A stretch of DNA of 64,000 bases from Mobula hypostoma (lineage: Eukaryota). How positions within the stretch are numbered: the first letter of the stretch is position 1; each line of letters opens with the position of its first letter. The stretch is taken from assembly GCF_963921235.1 (NCBI RefSeq), contig NC_086097.1, forward strand, positions 184,762,001-184,826,000, given 5' to 3'. The notes under the pieces were generated by a model that saw only the letters and a list, made by a program, of their open reading frames with translations, made no database searches and had not been told where the DNA came from. The position numbers and the translations under genes were made by a program. Shown piece after piece: positions 49,912-62,440 of this stretch.

Positions 49912-50505
49912 CAGAATCAGGTTTATTATCACAGGCATGTGACGTGAAATTTAACTTAGCAGCAAAATTTCAATGCAATACATAATCTAGCAGAGAAAAT
50001 AGAATAATATAATAAATAAGTAAATCAATTGCTGCATAGGTATATAGAGTAGATTTTTTTAATGTGCAAAAACAGAAATACAGTATATTAAAAAAAAGTG
50101 ACATAGTGTCCAAAGCTTCATGTCCATTTAGGAATCGGATGGCAGAGGGGAAGAAGCTGTTCCTGAATCGCTGAGTGTGTGCCTTCAGGCTTCTCTATCT
50201 CCTACCTGATGGTAACAGTGAGAAAAGGGCACGCCCTGGGTGCTAGAAGTCTTTAATAAGGGAAGCTGCGACACCACTCCCTGAAAATGTCCTGGGTACC
50301 TTGTAGGCTAGTGTCCAAGATGGAGCTGACTAGATTTACAGCCCTCTGCAGCTTCTTTCGGTCCTGTGCAGTAGCCCCTCCATACCAGGCAGTGGTGCAG
50401 TCTGTCAGAATGCTCTCCATGGTACAGCTATAGAAGTTTTTGAGTGTATTTGTTGACATGCCAAATCTCTTCAAACTCCGAATAAAGTATATCGGCTGTC
50501 TTGCC
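49912..50505 (-). mobile_element. Rex1/Babar-type LINE 3' end
   Basis: YFIRSLKRFGM..ESILTDCTTAWYG; same 3'UTR as 24483. Confidence 0.88.
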
Positions 50506-50559
50506 TGAGACAGCGACAATCTGGCTCATAGCATTACAGGCTAGCCTGAGTCATGGGAC

Positions 50560-50855
50560 CGTACAGCACGAGATTAGCTCCCTCAGCACACAAAGACCAC
50601 CTGACCATCAAAAATGTGATTATACCAATCCTACTTCATTCTCCCCTCATTCGCATCAGCATTCCCTAGATTCTGCCAGTTATTTACATACAAGGGGTGC
50701 TTTACAATGGCTAATTAACCTACCAACCCACACATTAATTGGATGCAAGAAGAAAGCAGACCACCCGCAGGAAAATTGCCAGCAGAACATGCACACTCCA
50801 CACAGACAGCTCCAAAGCTTGTGATTACACCAGATTGCCAGCCACTCTGCTGCCT
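50560..50855 (-). mobile_element. Old V-SINE
   Basis: The minus strand shows CTGTGTGGAGTGTGCATGTTCT..GGTAGGTTAATTAGC..TGTAAA. Confidence 0.6.
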
Positions 50856-51451
50856 TTCCAAGCAGGGGTTCATTGTTAAAGGATCTGATATTGAGATAAC
50901 CAATGAAGTTGTAAGCATTTCTACTCACCTAGGAAAGATCCTTTGTATCACCTGTTAGAGAGCAGAGACGTTCTGTTGTCACTGACATGTCTACCTTTGG
51001 CTTCCCCTACTGCCGCAATGAAGCCAGATACAGTTTGGAAGAGCAACAACTCATATTTTATCTTCAACATCTCCAACCTGACAGCATGAACATCAATTTC
51101 TCCGACTTTCGTGAACAACTCCCTTTTGTTTTCAGTCATTCCTGTTGCCCTTTCATCCCTTCTCTTTCCCTCTCCCACCCTCATGATCTGTCTATCCACT
51201 CCGTCTGGTCTCCCCACGTCCTTCAACTTTGTGGTCTACTGTGCCTATAAAAAGTATTCACCCCTTTGGAAGTTTTCAATGTTTATTGCTTTACAACATT
51301 GAATCACAGTGGATTTAACTTGGCTTTTTTGACACTGATCGACAGAAAAGGACTCTTTCACTCAAAGTGAAAACAGATCTCTACAAAGCGTTCTAAATTA
51401 TTTTCAAATAGAAAACACAAAATAATTGTTTGCATAAGTATTTAACCCCCC

Positions 51452-52277
51452 TAACAGCGACTCCTTTGGCGCCTAATGGCAACTCCTTTGGTGCCTAACG
51501 TCGACTCCTTGGCATCTAACGGTGACTCCTTTGCCTGCATCTTCAGAAACAGCTCTACTTCTATCTTTGATATCTCTTGTTTTCCCTTTCAAGGTTCTTT
51601 TGAAGACCCTGACCTGGCGGTACATGCTGACTTTGGTTCTTTGCAGAAATGGGACCCATTCTCAGGGTCTACCAACTGGCCGCTTTTGGATATGCCGAGA
51701 ATGCAGCCTGGAAGGCTAGCGCGCCTTCAGGGTGCCAGATTTTCATGGCTCTGGAGGTGGGCGGATTCAAGGCCGGTGTCGATGGTGCAGCTGCCTAATG
51801 CGTCATGGGAGATGGAAGATCGTAAGCAGCGAGCTGGCTGCTGGCTGTGTGCCCAAAGACCCGAGTTCTTTGCGCATAGAGCTCGGAAAAAGCGACACTG
51901 CAGACTTTTAGCACCGTAAATGAGCGAGTTGTTTTGTTATGTCTCCCCTCTAGCTGTGAAATGGTGACACCTTTTTTACCCTTATTAGGTAGAGAGAGAG
52001 AGCCTGTGGTATGTTGAATTACCGGGTGAATGAGTAGTCTTTGGGGTACTGCAAGTCTGTGTCTTTATTGATGCTTTGCTGCACGCTTGAGTGCTCGGTG
52101 GGAGGTGAGATGCTTTTTTGCTTGTGGGGGAGGCTTTGGAGTTCTAACATTTAACTGCCATTCATTCTTTGGGGCACTCCTCTGTTTTTGTGGAAGTTTG
52201 CAAAGAAAAAGAATTTCAGGATGCATATTATATACATTTCTCTGACATTAAATGTACCTATTAAACCTATTGAACCT
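51452..52277 (+). mobile_element. Non-autonomous retroposon nested in Tc1
   Basis: Four repeats of about 22 bp (CTAAC.GCGACTCCTTTGG) at the head; ACCTATT(G/A)A tail repeats; Tc1 sequence resumes afterwards. Confidence 0.7.
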
Positions 52278-52463
52278 TTAATATGACACATCAAATCATC
52301 ACTGGTGTAGCCAATTGGTTCAAGAAGTCACATAATTTGTTAAATGGAGATATCTTTTTGGAGACCTGTGTGCAGTCGTTGTTTCAATTGATTGTAGTAA
52401 AAGTACACCTGTATCTGGAAGATCCAACTGCTGGTGAGTCAGTACCCTGACAAAAACTGCACG

Positions 52464-53469
52464 ATGAAGAGAAAAGAACACTCCAGGCAACTTCATGAAA
52501 AGGTTATTGAAAAGCACAGGTTAGGAGATGGATACAGAACATTTCCAAGTCACTGAATATCCCTTGGAGTACAGTTAAGTCAATCAGGAAATGGAAAGAA
52601 TATGGCACAGCTGTAAATCTGCCTAGAGCAGGCCATTCTCAAACACTGAGTGACCGTGCAAGAAGGGAACTAGTGAGGGAGGCCACCAAGAGACCTATGA
52701 CAACTCTGGAGGAGTTACTAGCTTCAGTGGCTGAGATGGGAGAGACTGCGCATACAACAACTGTTGCCCAGGTGTTTCACCAGTGGCAGCTTTATGGGAG
52801 AGTGGCAAAGAGAAAGACACTGTTGAAAAAGACTCGCATGAAATCTCGGCTGGAGTTTGCTGGAAGGTATATGGGAGACTCTGAAGTTGGCTAGAAGAAG
52901 GCTCTATGGTCTGATGAATTAAGCTTTTTGGCCAGCAGACTAAAAGCTATGTTTGGTGTAAGCCAAAGACTGTACATCATCAAAAACACACTGTCCCTAC
53001 TGTGAAGCATGGTGGTGGCAACATCATGCTGTGGGGATGCTTTACTGCAGCAGGCCCTGGAAACGTGAATGTAGAGGGTAAAATGAATGCAACAAAGTAC
53101 AGGGAAATCCTGGAGGAAAATCTGATGCAGTCTGCAAGAGAACTGAGACTTGGGAGAAGATTCGTTTTTTAGCAAGACAATGATCCCAAGCATAAAGCCA
53201 AATCTATGCAAAAATGGCTTAAAAACAACAAAGTTAATATCCTCGAGTGGCCAAGTCAGAGTCCAGACCTCAATCCAATTGAAAATATGTGGCTGGACTT
53301 GAAAAGGGCTGTTCACTCATGATCCCCATCCAATTTTACAGAGTCTGAACAGTTTTGTAAAGAAGAAAGGAGAAAGATTGCAGTGTCCTGTTGTGCAAAG
53401 CTGATAGAAACCCACCCACACAGAGTTAAGGCTGTAATTGTTGCCAAAGTTGCATCTACTAAATTCTGA
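52464..53469 (+). pseudogene. Tc1 transposase, disrupted
   Basis: [47 protein letters not shown] (DD34E); stops and frameshifts. Confidence 0.92.
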
Positions 53470-53984
53470 CTTGAAGGGGTTGAATGCTTTTGGAATCAAT
53501 TATTTTATGTTTCATATTTGAAAGTAATCTACATCACTTTGATATGGAAGAGTCTTTTTCTGTTGATCAGTGTCAAAAAAGCAAAATTAAATTCATTGTG
53601 ATTCAATGTTGTAAAACAATGAAACATGAAAATTTCCAAGGTGGGGTAAATAATTTTAATAGGCACTGTACTGCCCTTTCCTATCAGATTTCCTTTTCTG
53701 CCCTTTGCCTTTTCTCCATCACCTCCCAGATTCTCACATCAATGCCATTCATCCTCTCCCCCCCCCCATACACCTACCTTCCCCCTCACCTGGACTCTAT
53801 TATTTCCTCTCTATCCCTTTACTTTGTCATTCTAGCTTCTGCCTTCTTCCTTTCCAGTCCTGATGAAGAATCTCAGCCCGAAACAGCAACTGTTAATTTT
53901 CCTATATGATGCTGCCTGACCTGCTGAGTTCTCTTAGCATTTTGGGTGTGTTGTTCAAGATTTTTTGCTGTATTGGCTGATATC

Positions 53985-54375
53985 AAGGACCATCAAGGAC
54001 CTACATCATCCAGGCTATTCTCCCTTCTCACTGTTACCATCAGGCAGAAGGTACAGGAGCCTTAAGTCCCTCACCACCCGGTTCAGGAACAGTTATTACC
54101 CAAGAAATATACCTGAGTTATTACCTGAACTATACCTTGCTTACCTCAATGCTGAACTGACTCCACAATCTGTAGCTTGGCTTTCAAGGGCTCAACTCCG
54201 GTTCTTTTACTTTTATTAATATTTGCGCGAGTTGTCATCTTTTGCACATTGGTTATTTACCAGTCTTTGTTATGTATAGTTTCCATAAATTCTATTTTAT
54301 TTCTTAATTTTCCTGTATATGCCTGCAAGAAAATGAATCACAGGGTAGTATATGGTGACGTATTACTTTGATAAC
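53985..54375 (+). mobile_element. Rex1/Babar-type 3' end
   Basis: IKDLHHPG..FSLLPSGRRYRSL..RFRNSYYP. Confidence 0.8.
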
Positions 54376-54491
54376 AATACATTTATTAATCACTCAAACA
54401 TCAAAACTCACCTTACTTTGTCACTGCTATTTATGACATATTGTTTGCAAAAGTTAACATATTTCCATAGAACACTGTATATAGCTGAGGA

Positions 54492-54599
54492 ACACACACA
54501 CACACACACACAGTGTTGGAAGAATTAAGCAAGTCAGGCAACATCGATGGAGAGGATTAAAGAGTTGATGTTTTGAGCTTAGACCCTTCATCGGGACTC
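54492..54599 (-). mobile_element. Penelope-like pLTR fragment with decayed hammerhead motif
   Basis: Minus strand GAGTC CCGATGA AGGGTCTAAGCTC AAAA CATC AACT. Confidence 0.65.
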
Positions 54600-54633
54600 C
54601 TTATATCTGTACAAGAGTTATATTCCTGCCACT

Positions 54634-54862
54634 GACCTGGGTTCAATTCTTGCCGCTGACTGTAAGGAATTAGTATGTTCCCCCTGTGACTGCATGGGTT
54701 TCCTCCAAGTGCTCCAGTTTCCTCCCACAGTCCAAAGGCGGTAGGTTAATTGGTCGTTGTAAATTGTACCATGAATAGGCTAGAATTAAATCAAGAGTGG
54801 CTGGGCAGTGCAGCTTGTTGGGCCAGAAGGGCCTATTCCACGTTGTATCTCAATAAATAAAT
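54634..54862 (+). mobile_element. V-SINE, 5'-truncated
   Basis: Box B GGGTTCAATTCT; V-domain TGGGTTTCCTCC..TTTCCTCCCACAGTCCAAAG; (TAAA)n tail. Confidence 0.82.
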
Positions 54863-57800
54863 CTGTATGTAACTAAAAGATCACTTGATCTATAGCTTCT
54901 TGGGATAGCCTGTGATGCTTCTTTTTATTGGGGTTTCCACAAACAATGCCTCTGTTATAATTCTTTTTATCGAAACATATGACCTCTCACTATCAAATTA
55001 TTTGTCGGTAAATATATAATTTCCTTTACAAATTTCTGGGTGAAAGTGGCAGCACTTCTTCATTCTAATTATTACATGAATTTGTTAAAGCAGCATTCCC
55101 TTAATTTTCTCTCAGTTCTCTATCTTGTATTGATGTTAATTGTATTAATATTTTCATTTTCATGGTTTTGCAAACTAATATTTCAAGTGTGACCATTCAG
55201 TATTTGGTACTTTGGTATTTTCTTTCATCATATATGTTGGCAACATGAAAAGTCCATTACAGATTTTGAATGTTGATGCAGAAATGCTGCTCCTTAGTGA
55301 CTTGCATACAAATGAACAGTTTAACTGTAATTATCTTGGAACCAATTAAATTTGCATATTGAAGATCTTGCTCTAAGATGGTGGATTATATTTAACACTG
55401 AAGACAAACCTTCAAAGAAAAATACTCATAAATTAATTTAACAATTCCAACTTGTCTGATACTAAACCATGACTGTTAATTTTCATTCCATATATTTATT
55501 CTGTAAATGACAGTAATTATTTTTATATATTTAAACAGTATAATGCAGAATAAAGGAAGATTTCATAAACTAGCCTCTTTTAGCAGCTACCATTTTGAAA
55601 ATATCTAAATCAAAGAAATACATATAAATTTAATTTCCCTTTTTGTTTTTGTGCTAGAAAGCTTCAATATTTGTTTTGAAATACATATTCCATTTTCATT
55701 CTGAATCCAAACAAGTTTGGGTGAAGTGTTCCAAATATAACTAATCTTGACTTTCAATTTCTATGGATACTTACACTATTGCTGCCTTTTTAATGTACAA
55801 ATCTGCAAATTTTGTGTAGGTTTTCGTGGCTGTTTCCTTGAACTCCTGCAGTTGCACTCATTTAGCATAAAACCATATGCTGCTGTTCTACTCGTACCAA
55901 AAAAATTCTTCTGCAGGCTTTAACAGTTTAGCATGAACTATTTAGTGGCAGCTTAAGGGAAGAAAAGATTAAAAAAAGGAACAATTTTTAACTGTCATTC
56001 AACTACACATAACTTCAATACATTATTTTGACTGCATTTGTACAGAAGTGCATGTTGATTGGCTAATATTAATTACCCCTGGTGTAGATGGGTGGTAGGA
56101 GGGGATTTGATTGAGATGCATTAGAGAAAAAAGTTACAAGGAAAAAATGGGGGAATGAGTTTGACAAGATATTTCTGAGAGCTAGAGTGGGCTTAATGGC
56201 CTCCAACACTATGAGGAAATAATTGAAAAATAAAATACTCCAGAACAGTGGATCCCAAACTTTATTATGCCATTGGACCCCCTGCTTTAGGCTAAGCCTA
56301 TTTTCATTTGCACAGAACCTCTTTTTAACATTATGGAAGCAAATATTAGGCCTATATATAGTAGAGACTGGTATCACATCCATAGGTGTTAAAGGAACCC
56401 CTGTTATGTGACAATTGCTGTATGTTGCATAGAAGCTGGATTTATCTAAACATCAACAATTGAAGGGTCTGCACTGTCACTTTGAAATCTTTCACACTCT
56501 TAGCCTCACTTTTCAGTAGCTAAAAGTGTTAAATAATTTGCTTTAAATTCCTTTCATTGGTATTATTAACATAAATCAGAGGTGAGCTGTAGATTGTGAT
56601 CACTGTTCAATTGATGAGCCCACAGATGGCCATACTTTGAGATTTGTTCAGCTTTGGTTGTGTGCCCAGACACACTGGAGAACAGTTTTCCCCTTACTTT
56701 GCATTTTCCTTCAACTCTAAGGCAGTCATTTTAGTTGGTTTTCTCTGGCCACTGTGGGAAACGTTCATTCAGCTCTGCCTTGCTTCACAGCAGTTAATGG
56801 TGCCATGACACACACAAAAAAGAGTTTTCATTTAGGTCTCAAAGGGAGTCGCCGAACTCCCATCTTGCCACTTGAACCCGTGCAGTAAATACTAGAGTGC
56901 TACTTCCAATGCATTTTTTTCCCTATTGTTTGTGAAGTTCACATTAGGCATTAGTGCTCTAAATATATGCACACTAAAAGACGATGCGCCCCTGTTTCCA
57001 GAGATATGCCCTCTGTTGGATTAATGGCCAGTGGACAACAATATCTATGAACAATGTTGACTTTCTTTAGCTCTCATGTGCGCTTTGCTCTGCACTGATC
57101 ATGGCATCACATGGTGGCCCCATTCAAAAAGCTATAGCTGATCATGAAGTTCTACTTGAAGCTGCTGAAAGGGAATTACAAATTCCTTTTGATGAGCAAA
57201 GCATGGTAGCCAATCAGAGTCAGGTGCAGGTATCACCTGAAAAAGTGATAGGAATAAGTTGAAACATGTTTAAGTCACTCAAATAATGGTAACAATATCC
57301 TTCCAGTTCATCACTCCTTCTCTATCCTGGCCAAATACCCTTTGCTGTGATTGTGGTCTATAAATCCCAGTCTAGACTATTCTGAGTACAAAAGCAATGG
57401 CAACAACAGAAATTAATAAATGTTCTATTAATGATTCTAATCCTGTTAAAATGCTGGTGAAGCTATTGAAAAACATTAGACATAGTTGGAAGTCTCAAAA
57501 TCACCAATGAAACTTATAGGAAGTGTTTTAAATCTCCTGATTTCCTTTCTATGAAGTTTATATATTCAGCAAAAAAGGAAAATTCACATCCTTATCTCCA
57601 CTCTCCCCATTCGAATAAAGGAATTTGACTCTGTTTTATATGTACAGTAATGGTATCAATAGTGCCAATTCTGACTCATGGGTCACTTGATAAAGTGTTT
57701 TTTAAAAATATTTTTCTCATCAGGTCATTAGTTTCATTGTTAGATGTTATTTGCAAACCTGCAAATTTATCTTTTATGTAGAGAGTAAAGAATACAGAAA

Positions 57801-57972
57801 ACATAGAATGATTATTATCCTGTAACAATTAAAGACATTGAACTGTTTGTTTACTGTTTATTATGATGACTGAGTTCAATTACTTCGGAATTTTAAACAC
57901 CTGTTCAGGATTTCTGCTGACTTTCAGCCAAAGCTACACTGATTTTATATACAGCTCCATTTCTACCATTTA

Positions 57973-58546
57973 CAATTAAAGTCAGAAGCTGACATACACC
58001 TTAGCCAAATACATTTAAACTCAGTTTTTCCACAATTCCTGACATTTAATCCTAGAGAACATTCCCTGTTTTAGGTCAGTTAGGATCACTACTTTATTTT
58101 AAGAATGTGAAATGTCAGAATAATAGTAGAGAGAATGATTTATTTCAGCTTTTATTTCTTTCATCACTTTCCCAGTGGGTCAGAAGTTTACATACACTTT
58201 GTTAGTATTTGGTAGCATTGCCTTTAAGTTGTTTAACTTGGGTCAAACGTTTCAGGTAGCCTTCCACAAGCTTCTCACAATAAGTTACTGGAATTTTGTT
58301 CCATTCCTCCAGACAGAACTGATGTAACTGAGCCAGGTTTGTAGGCCTCCTTGCTTGCACATACTTTTTCAGTTCTACCCACAAATTTTCTATCGGATTG
58401 AGGTCAGGGCTTTGTGATGGCCACTCCAATACCTTGACTTTGTTGTCCTTAAACAATTTTGCCAAAACTTTGGAGGTATGCTTGGGGTCATTGTCCATTT
58501 GGAAGACCCACTTGCGACTGATCTATAACTTCTAGGCTGATGTCTT
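57973..58546 (-). mobile_element. Sleeping-Beauty-like Tc1: right IR/DR and transposase C-terminus
   Basis: TA at 57971; outer and inner DR (GTCAGAAG.T.ACATACAC). ORF 58202-58498 reads [32 protein letters not shown]. Confidence 0.93.
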
Positions 58547-59659
58547 CTGAAATTCCCATTCTTGTGCACTGGCCAGGTAGTGATGCTGTGCAGACAAATG
58601 TCAATATTCCAGATGCTGAAAATCTGAATTAACGTTAGACACTGTTGAACACCTTTGGCATCAGGGAAGAGTTGTGCACAATTTACAATATGGTGAATGG
58701 CTTTTTATCAGAAGTGTTGATCTACATTATGGAATTAATGCAGTTTCTCAAATTTCTCCAGGTTTGAGTTTGGTGCTGGTTTTAACCTAGCAATCACACT
58801 TGGTATATTCAATAATGGATAAGGAGAAAGAACACGACCTTAATCAGCAGATCATGACCTTAATCAGCACTGCCCTTTTGGAGGTCAAAGCTCTAGTCAA
58901 TCTTTTAACCCCACATGGCTGAACACATATTCAACAGCAGCAATGTTTTTCTTAAAGGGATTTACCCACTACTTACAGATAATTGCTGGCTGATTTCTTC
59001 TGGCTGTTGCTACACATGATGCTCCCTTTAGTTCCTTCAATTTGTGAAAAAATACACTCTGACAATTGCTGACTGAAGGGTTTAGGCCCAGAACTTTTTG
59101 ATTACTCCTAGGCATAGGTACATTTGAAGGAATTCCTGAAGAAATGCCTCATTACTGAAAGAATAAACACATTTATGTAAGAGCTACTGGCAAGCAGATG
59201 ACTAAGGAAAAAGAGATGTCTTCATGGAGATGTTTTCTCTCCAGGTTAGTCACAGAAGAATATCTGATCATTTCAACGGAACACCATAGAAGACTGCAAC
59301 TGCTGAAGCTGAAGGGAAACTATAGGTCAGAGAAGGAGAAAGATGACATTGACAGTAGCTTTCATTCTGAGAGCAGTAATGAATGTTCATTTATCTGGCT
59401 CCTTCCAGATTCAAACTGGGGTGTGGGGGGAATGCTCTACTTCATAAGTTACAGTCTGTGAGTGTGAAAGCTGCCTTTCTAATGAAGGGAAAAATTAATA
59501 TGTATTACATATGTAACCTTCCCTGATGGGGTGGTCTGCATTCTCAGCAATCTGTTGAAGGATAGATTCATGATCTGATCTAATATATGCACAGCAACTT
59601 AAAAGATACAAAGCTTATTGACATTCATGATACAGTCAAAAATTATGTAGCTGAATACG

Positions 59660-61000
59660 AACATTTTGTAGATACTTGAAATTGAAATAAAAACATAAAA
59701 TTTTGGAAACACTCAGTAGGTCAGGCACCATCTGCTGAAACCAAAGCAGTTAGAACTAGAAAAGAGAGAAAACAATTTGTTATTTGCAGAAAGAATAGCG
59801 AGAAATAAATGGGACAAAAGTTGAGTGTTGCCGTAGAGATAAGCTGTCGATAAAGTTACTTCTTTAATAGGTTAATGAGAAAAGTTAAAGGAACTGAATG
59901 TGAACAAAGGAATACCCAGCAGCATAGGCTATGCTAATAGAGAAGGAAAACTGAGCAGATATGACCGATGCAAGACCTGAAGCAGAATTGACCAGTACTG
60001 ATTGAAACTGAAAAATAATGAATTAACTGGAAGATAACTGGAAGTTTAGCATCAAACTACACTGAATGCAGGTACCCTGCAAAACAGTTAGCTAATCTGC
60101 ATTTGGTTTCTTCAGTATTGAGGAGACAACTTTGTGAGCTCTAATTGCAATACACTACATTGGAAAGAGTGTAAGTGAATCATTGCTTCGCCTGGAGCAC
60201 GGACTAGATTTCTGAATAGTGAGAATGGAACAAATAAGAAGAAAGGTGCTGCACCTTCAGTGGTTATGTAGGATAGCAATATCATAAGAGGAACGGATAT
60301 TGGAGACAAAAAAGCAGATGTGGGAGTTTCAATGACAGAAGTCTTTTTAGACTGTTGTAATGAGAGATGAGTGGAAGAATTAAATAATTAATTGTAATTC
60401 TCTTCGAAGATGGCAGAAATTGCAGAGTATGATTCCTTAAACATTGAGGCTGGCAGAAAAATGAAGACTATTAGTGTTCTATTCAGGAAAAGAGGAGTCA
60501 AATGCAGAGGTGTGGGAAATAAATTCAAAGTAGCCATTGGGCTCTGTCAGGCATAGCAGCGGTGAAATTATGGGTCAGGAAAAAGGTAGACATTTCAGAA
60601 GCATGTCTGGTAAGTCTTGTCAGGAACACAGATACAAAATGTACAGTGGAATTAGGAGAAATCAAGATGTAGGAGTTTCAATGGGAAATGTCTCTTTAGA
60701 CTGCTGCAATGGGAGAGGAGTAAAAGAATTAAAGATTTAATTTTAAGTCTCACTGAAGATGGCAGATATTGCAGTATATGATTTCTTGAATGTTGAGCCC
60801 GACAGGAAGAAAAATGAGAACTATTCTTGTTCTATTCAAAAGCGTGGGAGAAAGTTTAGTCACTGTAGGAGTCTGTGTTTTTGTAACAAATGTTTGTCAC
60901 TACCCTGGTCCAGAGACGGACACACAAAGGTGTAGGAAGGGAAGCAATGAGGCAGAAATGGACCATGTAATAGTGAGGGAGGAGTAAAAACTAGTATCAA
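59660..61000 (-). mobile_element. Highly decayed Penelope-like remnant with an internal duplication
   Basis: Weak antisense similarity to 29850-30900; 60316-60486 is repeated at 60665-60838. Confidence 0.45.
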
Positions 61001-62271
61001 AAGAATACAACAGTCTGAATTCCACATTCATGGAAAACATTTCTCTACACAATGACATGAAAACCATATATAGCTACTGTTTCAAATTGAATATTTGCCA
61101 CTGCCTGTGACAATATTATTGCTGCAAAGCATTCTACACTACAAGACTCTGCTATCCAGTAGAATCTCAAAATGAACTGACTGGAGGGAATTGCTAATCC
61201 TGTGTTAAAAATTACCTTATAAAATCCAGATAGGCTTTCCCCATTCAGCCGATTCTTGCTGCTTCCAGTTACGTGTCATCTTTTCCTGTGTTAGTGCATG
61301 ATCTTCAATATTCTAGGGTGATGAGGCTGTCATGTTTGAAGAATTGTCAAGTTATGTAAGTTTCTAATGTCAGGATAAGACCTGTAACATTGGTAAGTGG
61401 AAAAGAAACCAGTGTAAAACATAAATGTCAAGAATGCTTCTTGGTGACTAAAGGTTTATTGGTAAGTGAATCATGAAAGTGCAATTCATTTGAGGAACAC
61501 TGAAATTGTTGTTGCTTTAAGAATACACCTTGGCCATGCAGGGGACAGTATTAATCTTCTTGGCTACCTCCTTCAGATCCTGACATTGACTCCATTGACC
61601 TCTTGCCATATGAGTTTGTGTTTGGATGCTTTTGTGGAAAAAGGATATTTGCATCTTATCTTCTTCATTAAGGTTTCTTGTCAAAAAAAACCTAAAGCCA
61701 AATTCCTTTCATGATCTTTATTCCTGTTCTTTTTCGAATCAAATTCACCTGGAAAACAACTTCCAACATTATTTCAAGCTACAATGCACTGACCCTTTAA
61801 GAGTTCCAGCCAGGGTTAAACAGCACAGATGATCTTTAATGGATGTCAGCTGCTCAGGATATCAGCTCCCTAATACTGCATCCGGCCAATGAACAGAACA
61901 ATTAGTACTGGCCGGATACTGTAATTCTTCAAATATGGAGTCAGCCCTATGTTGGCAAGTTGCCTGTTTTGCGAAGAACTGACATGGGTTAATCATACTC
62001 TAGGATCCATATTTCAGATTTAACCAACCGAGCCTGCCTCAGATCCATATAAAACAACCTTGTCAAAATGTCATTTCCAAAGTTTTACAGTGAAAAGATC
62101 TCTCTACAGCTCAGACTAAATAATTGAATTGATATGTTGAAGCAAGAACTATCTTAAAATATGAGTTATTTAAGTTACGCTGCCTTAAATCTAAGAAGAA
62201 TGGATTGTATTCAAGATAAGCATTAAGATAGGTGCTTGAAAATTGAGATTTCCTGGTTTTATGTGGAGAAT

Positions 62272-62372
62272 GAGGCTGGAAGAAAGGTCTCAGCCTGAAA
62301 CGTCAACTGTTTGTTCATTTCCTTGGATTCTGCCTGGCCTGCTGAGTTCTTCCAGCTTGTGTGTGTGTTGCT
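62272..62372 (+). mobile_element. Penelope-like pLTR fragment with decayed hammerhead motif
   Basis: TGGAAGA AAGGTCTCAGCCT GAAA CGTC AACTG..GCCTGGCCTGCTGAGTT. Confidence 0.7.
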
Positions 62373-62405
62373 TTGATGGTTTTATATGTTGTTCTGTCTG
62401 TCTGT

Positions 62406-62407
<2 letters not shown>

Positions 62408-62438
<31 letters not shown>
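62408..62438. repeat. (CA)n microsatellite
   Basis: About 15 CA units. Confidence 0.95.

Positions 62439-62440
<2 letters not shown>

Larger units (their letters stand above)
51239..53668 (+). mobile_element. Full-length Tc1 DNA transposon with IR/DR-type ends, inactive
   Basis: TA target duplications at 51237 and 53669; TIRs of about 200 bp starting C(T/A)GTGCCTAT; inner direct repeats at about 51437 and 53476. Confidence 0.93.
50965..53965 (+). mobile_element. Penelope-like 3' end split by Tc1 (50965-51236 and 53671-53965)
   Basis: LEEQQLIFYL..LQPDSMNINFS; the pyrimidine-rich UTR resumes after the Tc1; hammerhead-like motif at 53855. Confidence 0.8.

Noticed and set aside
58836..58869. 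14-bp direct repeat GACCTTAATCAGCA
   Set aside because: A small local slippage duplication with no further structure.
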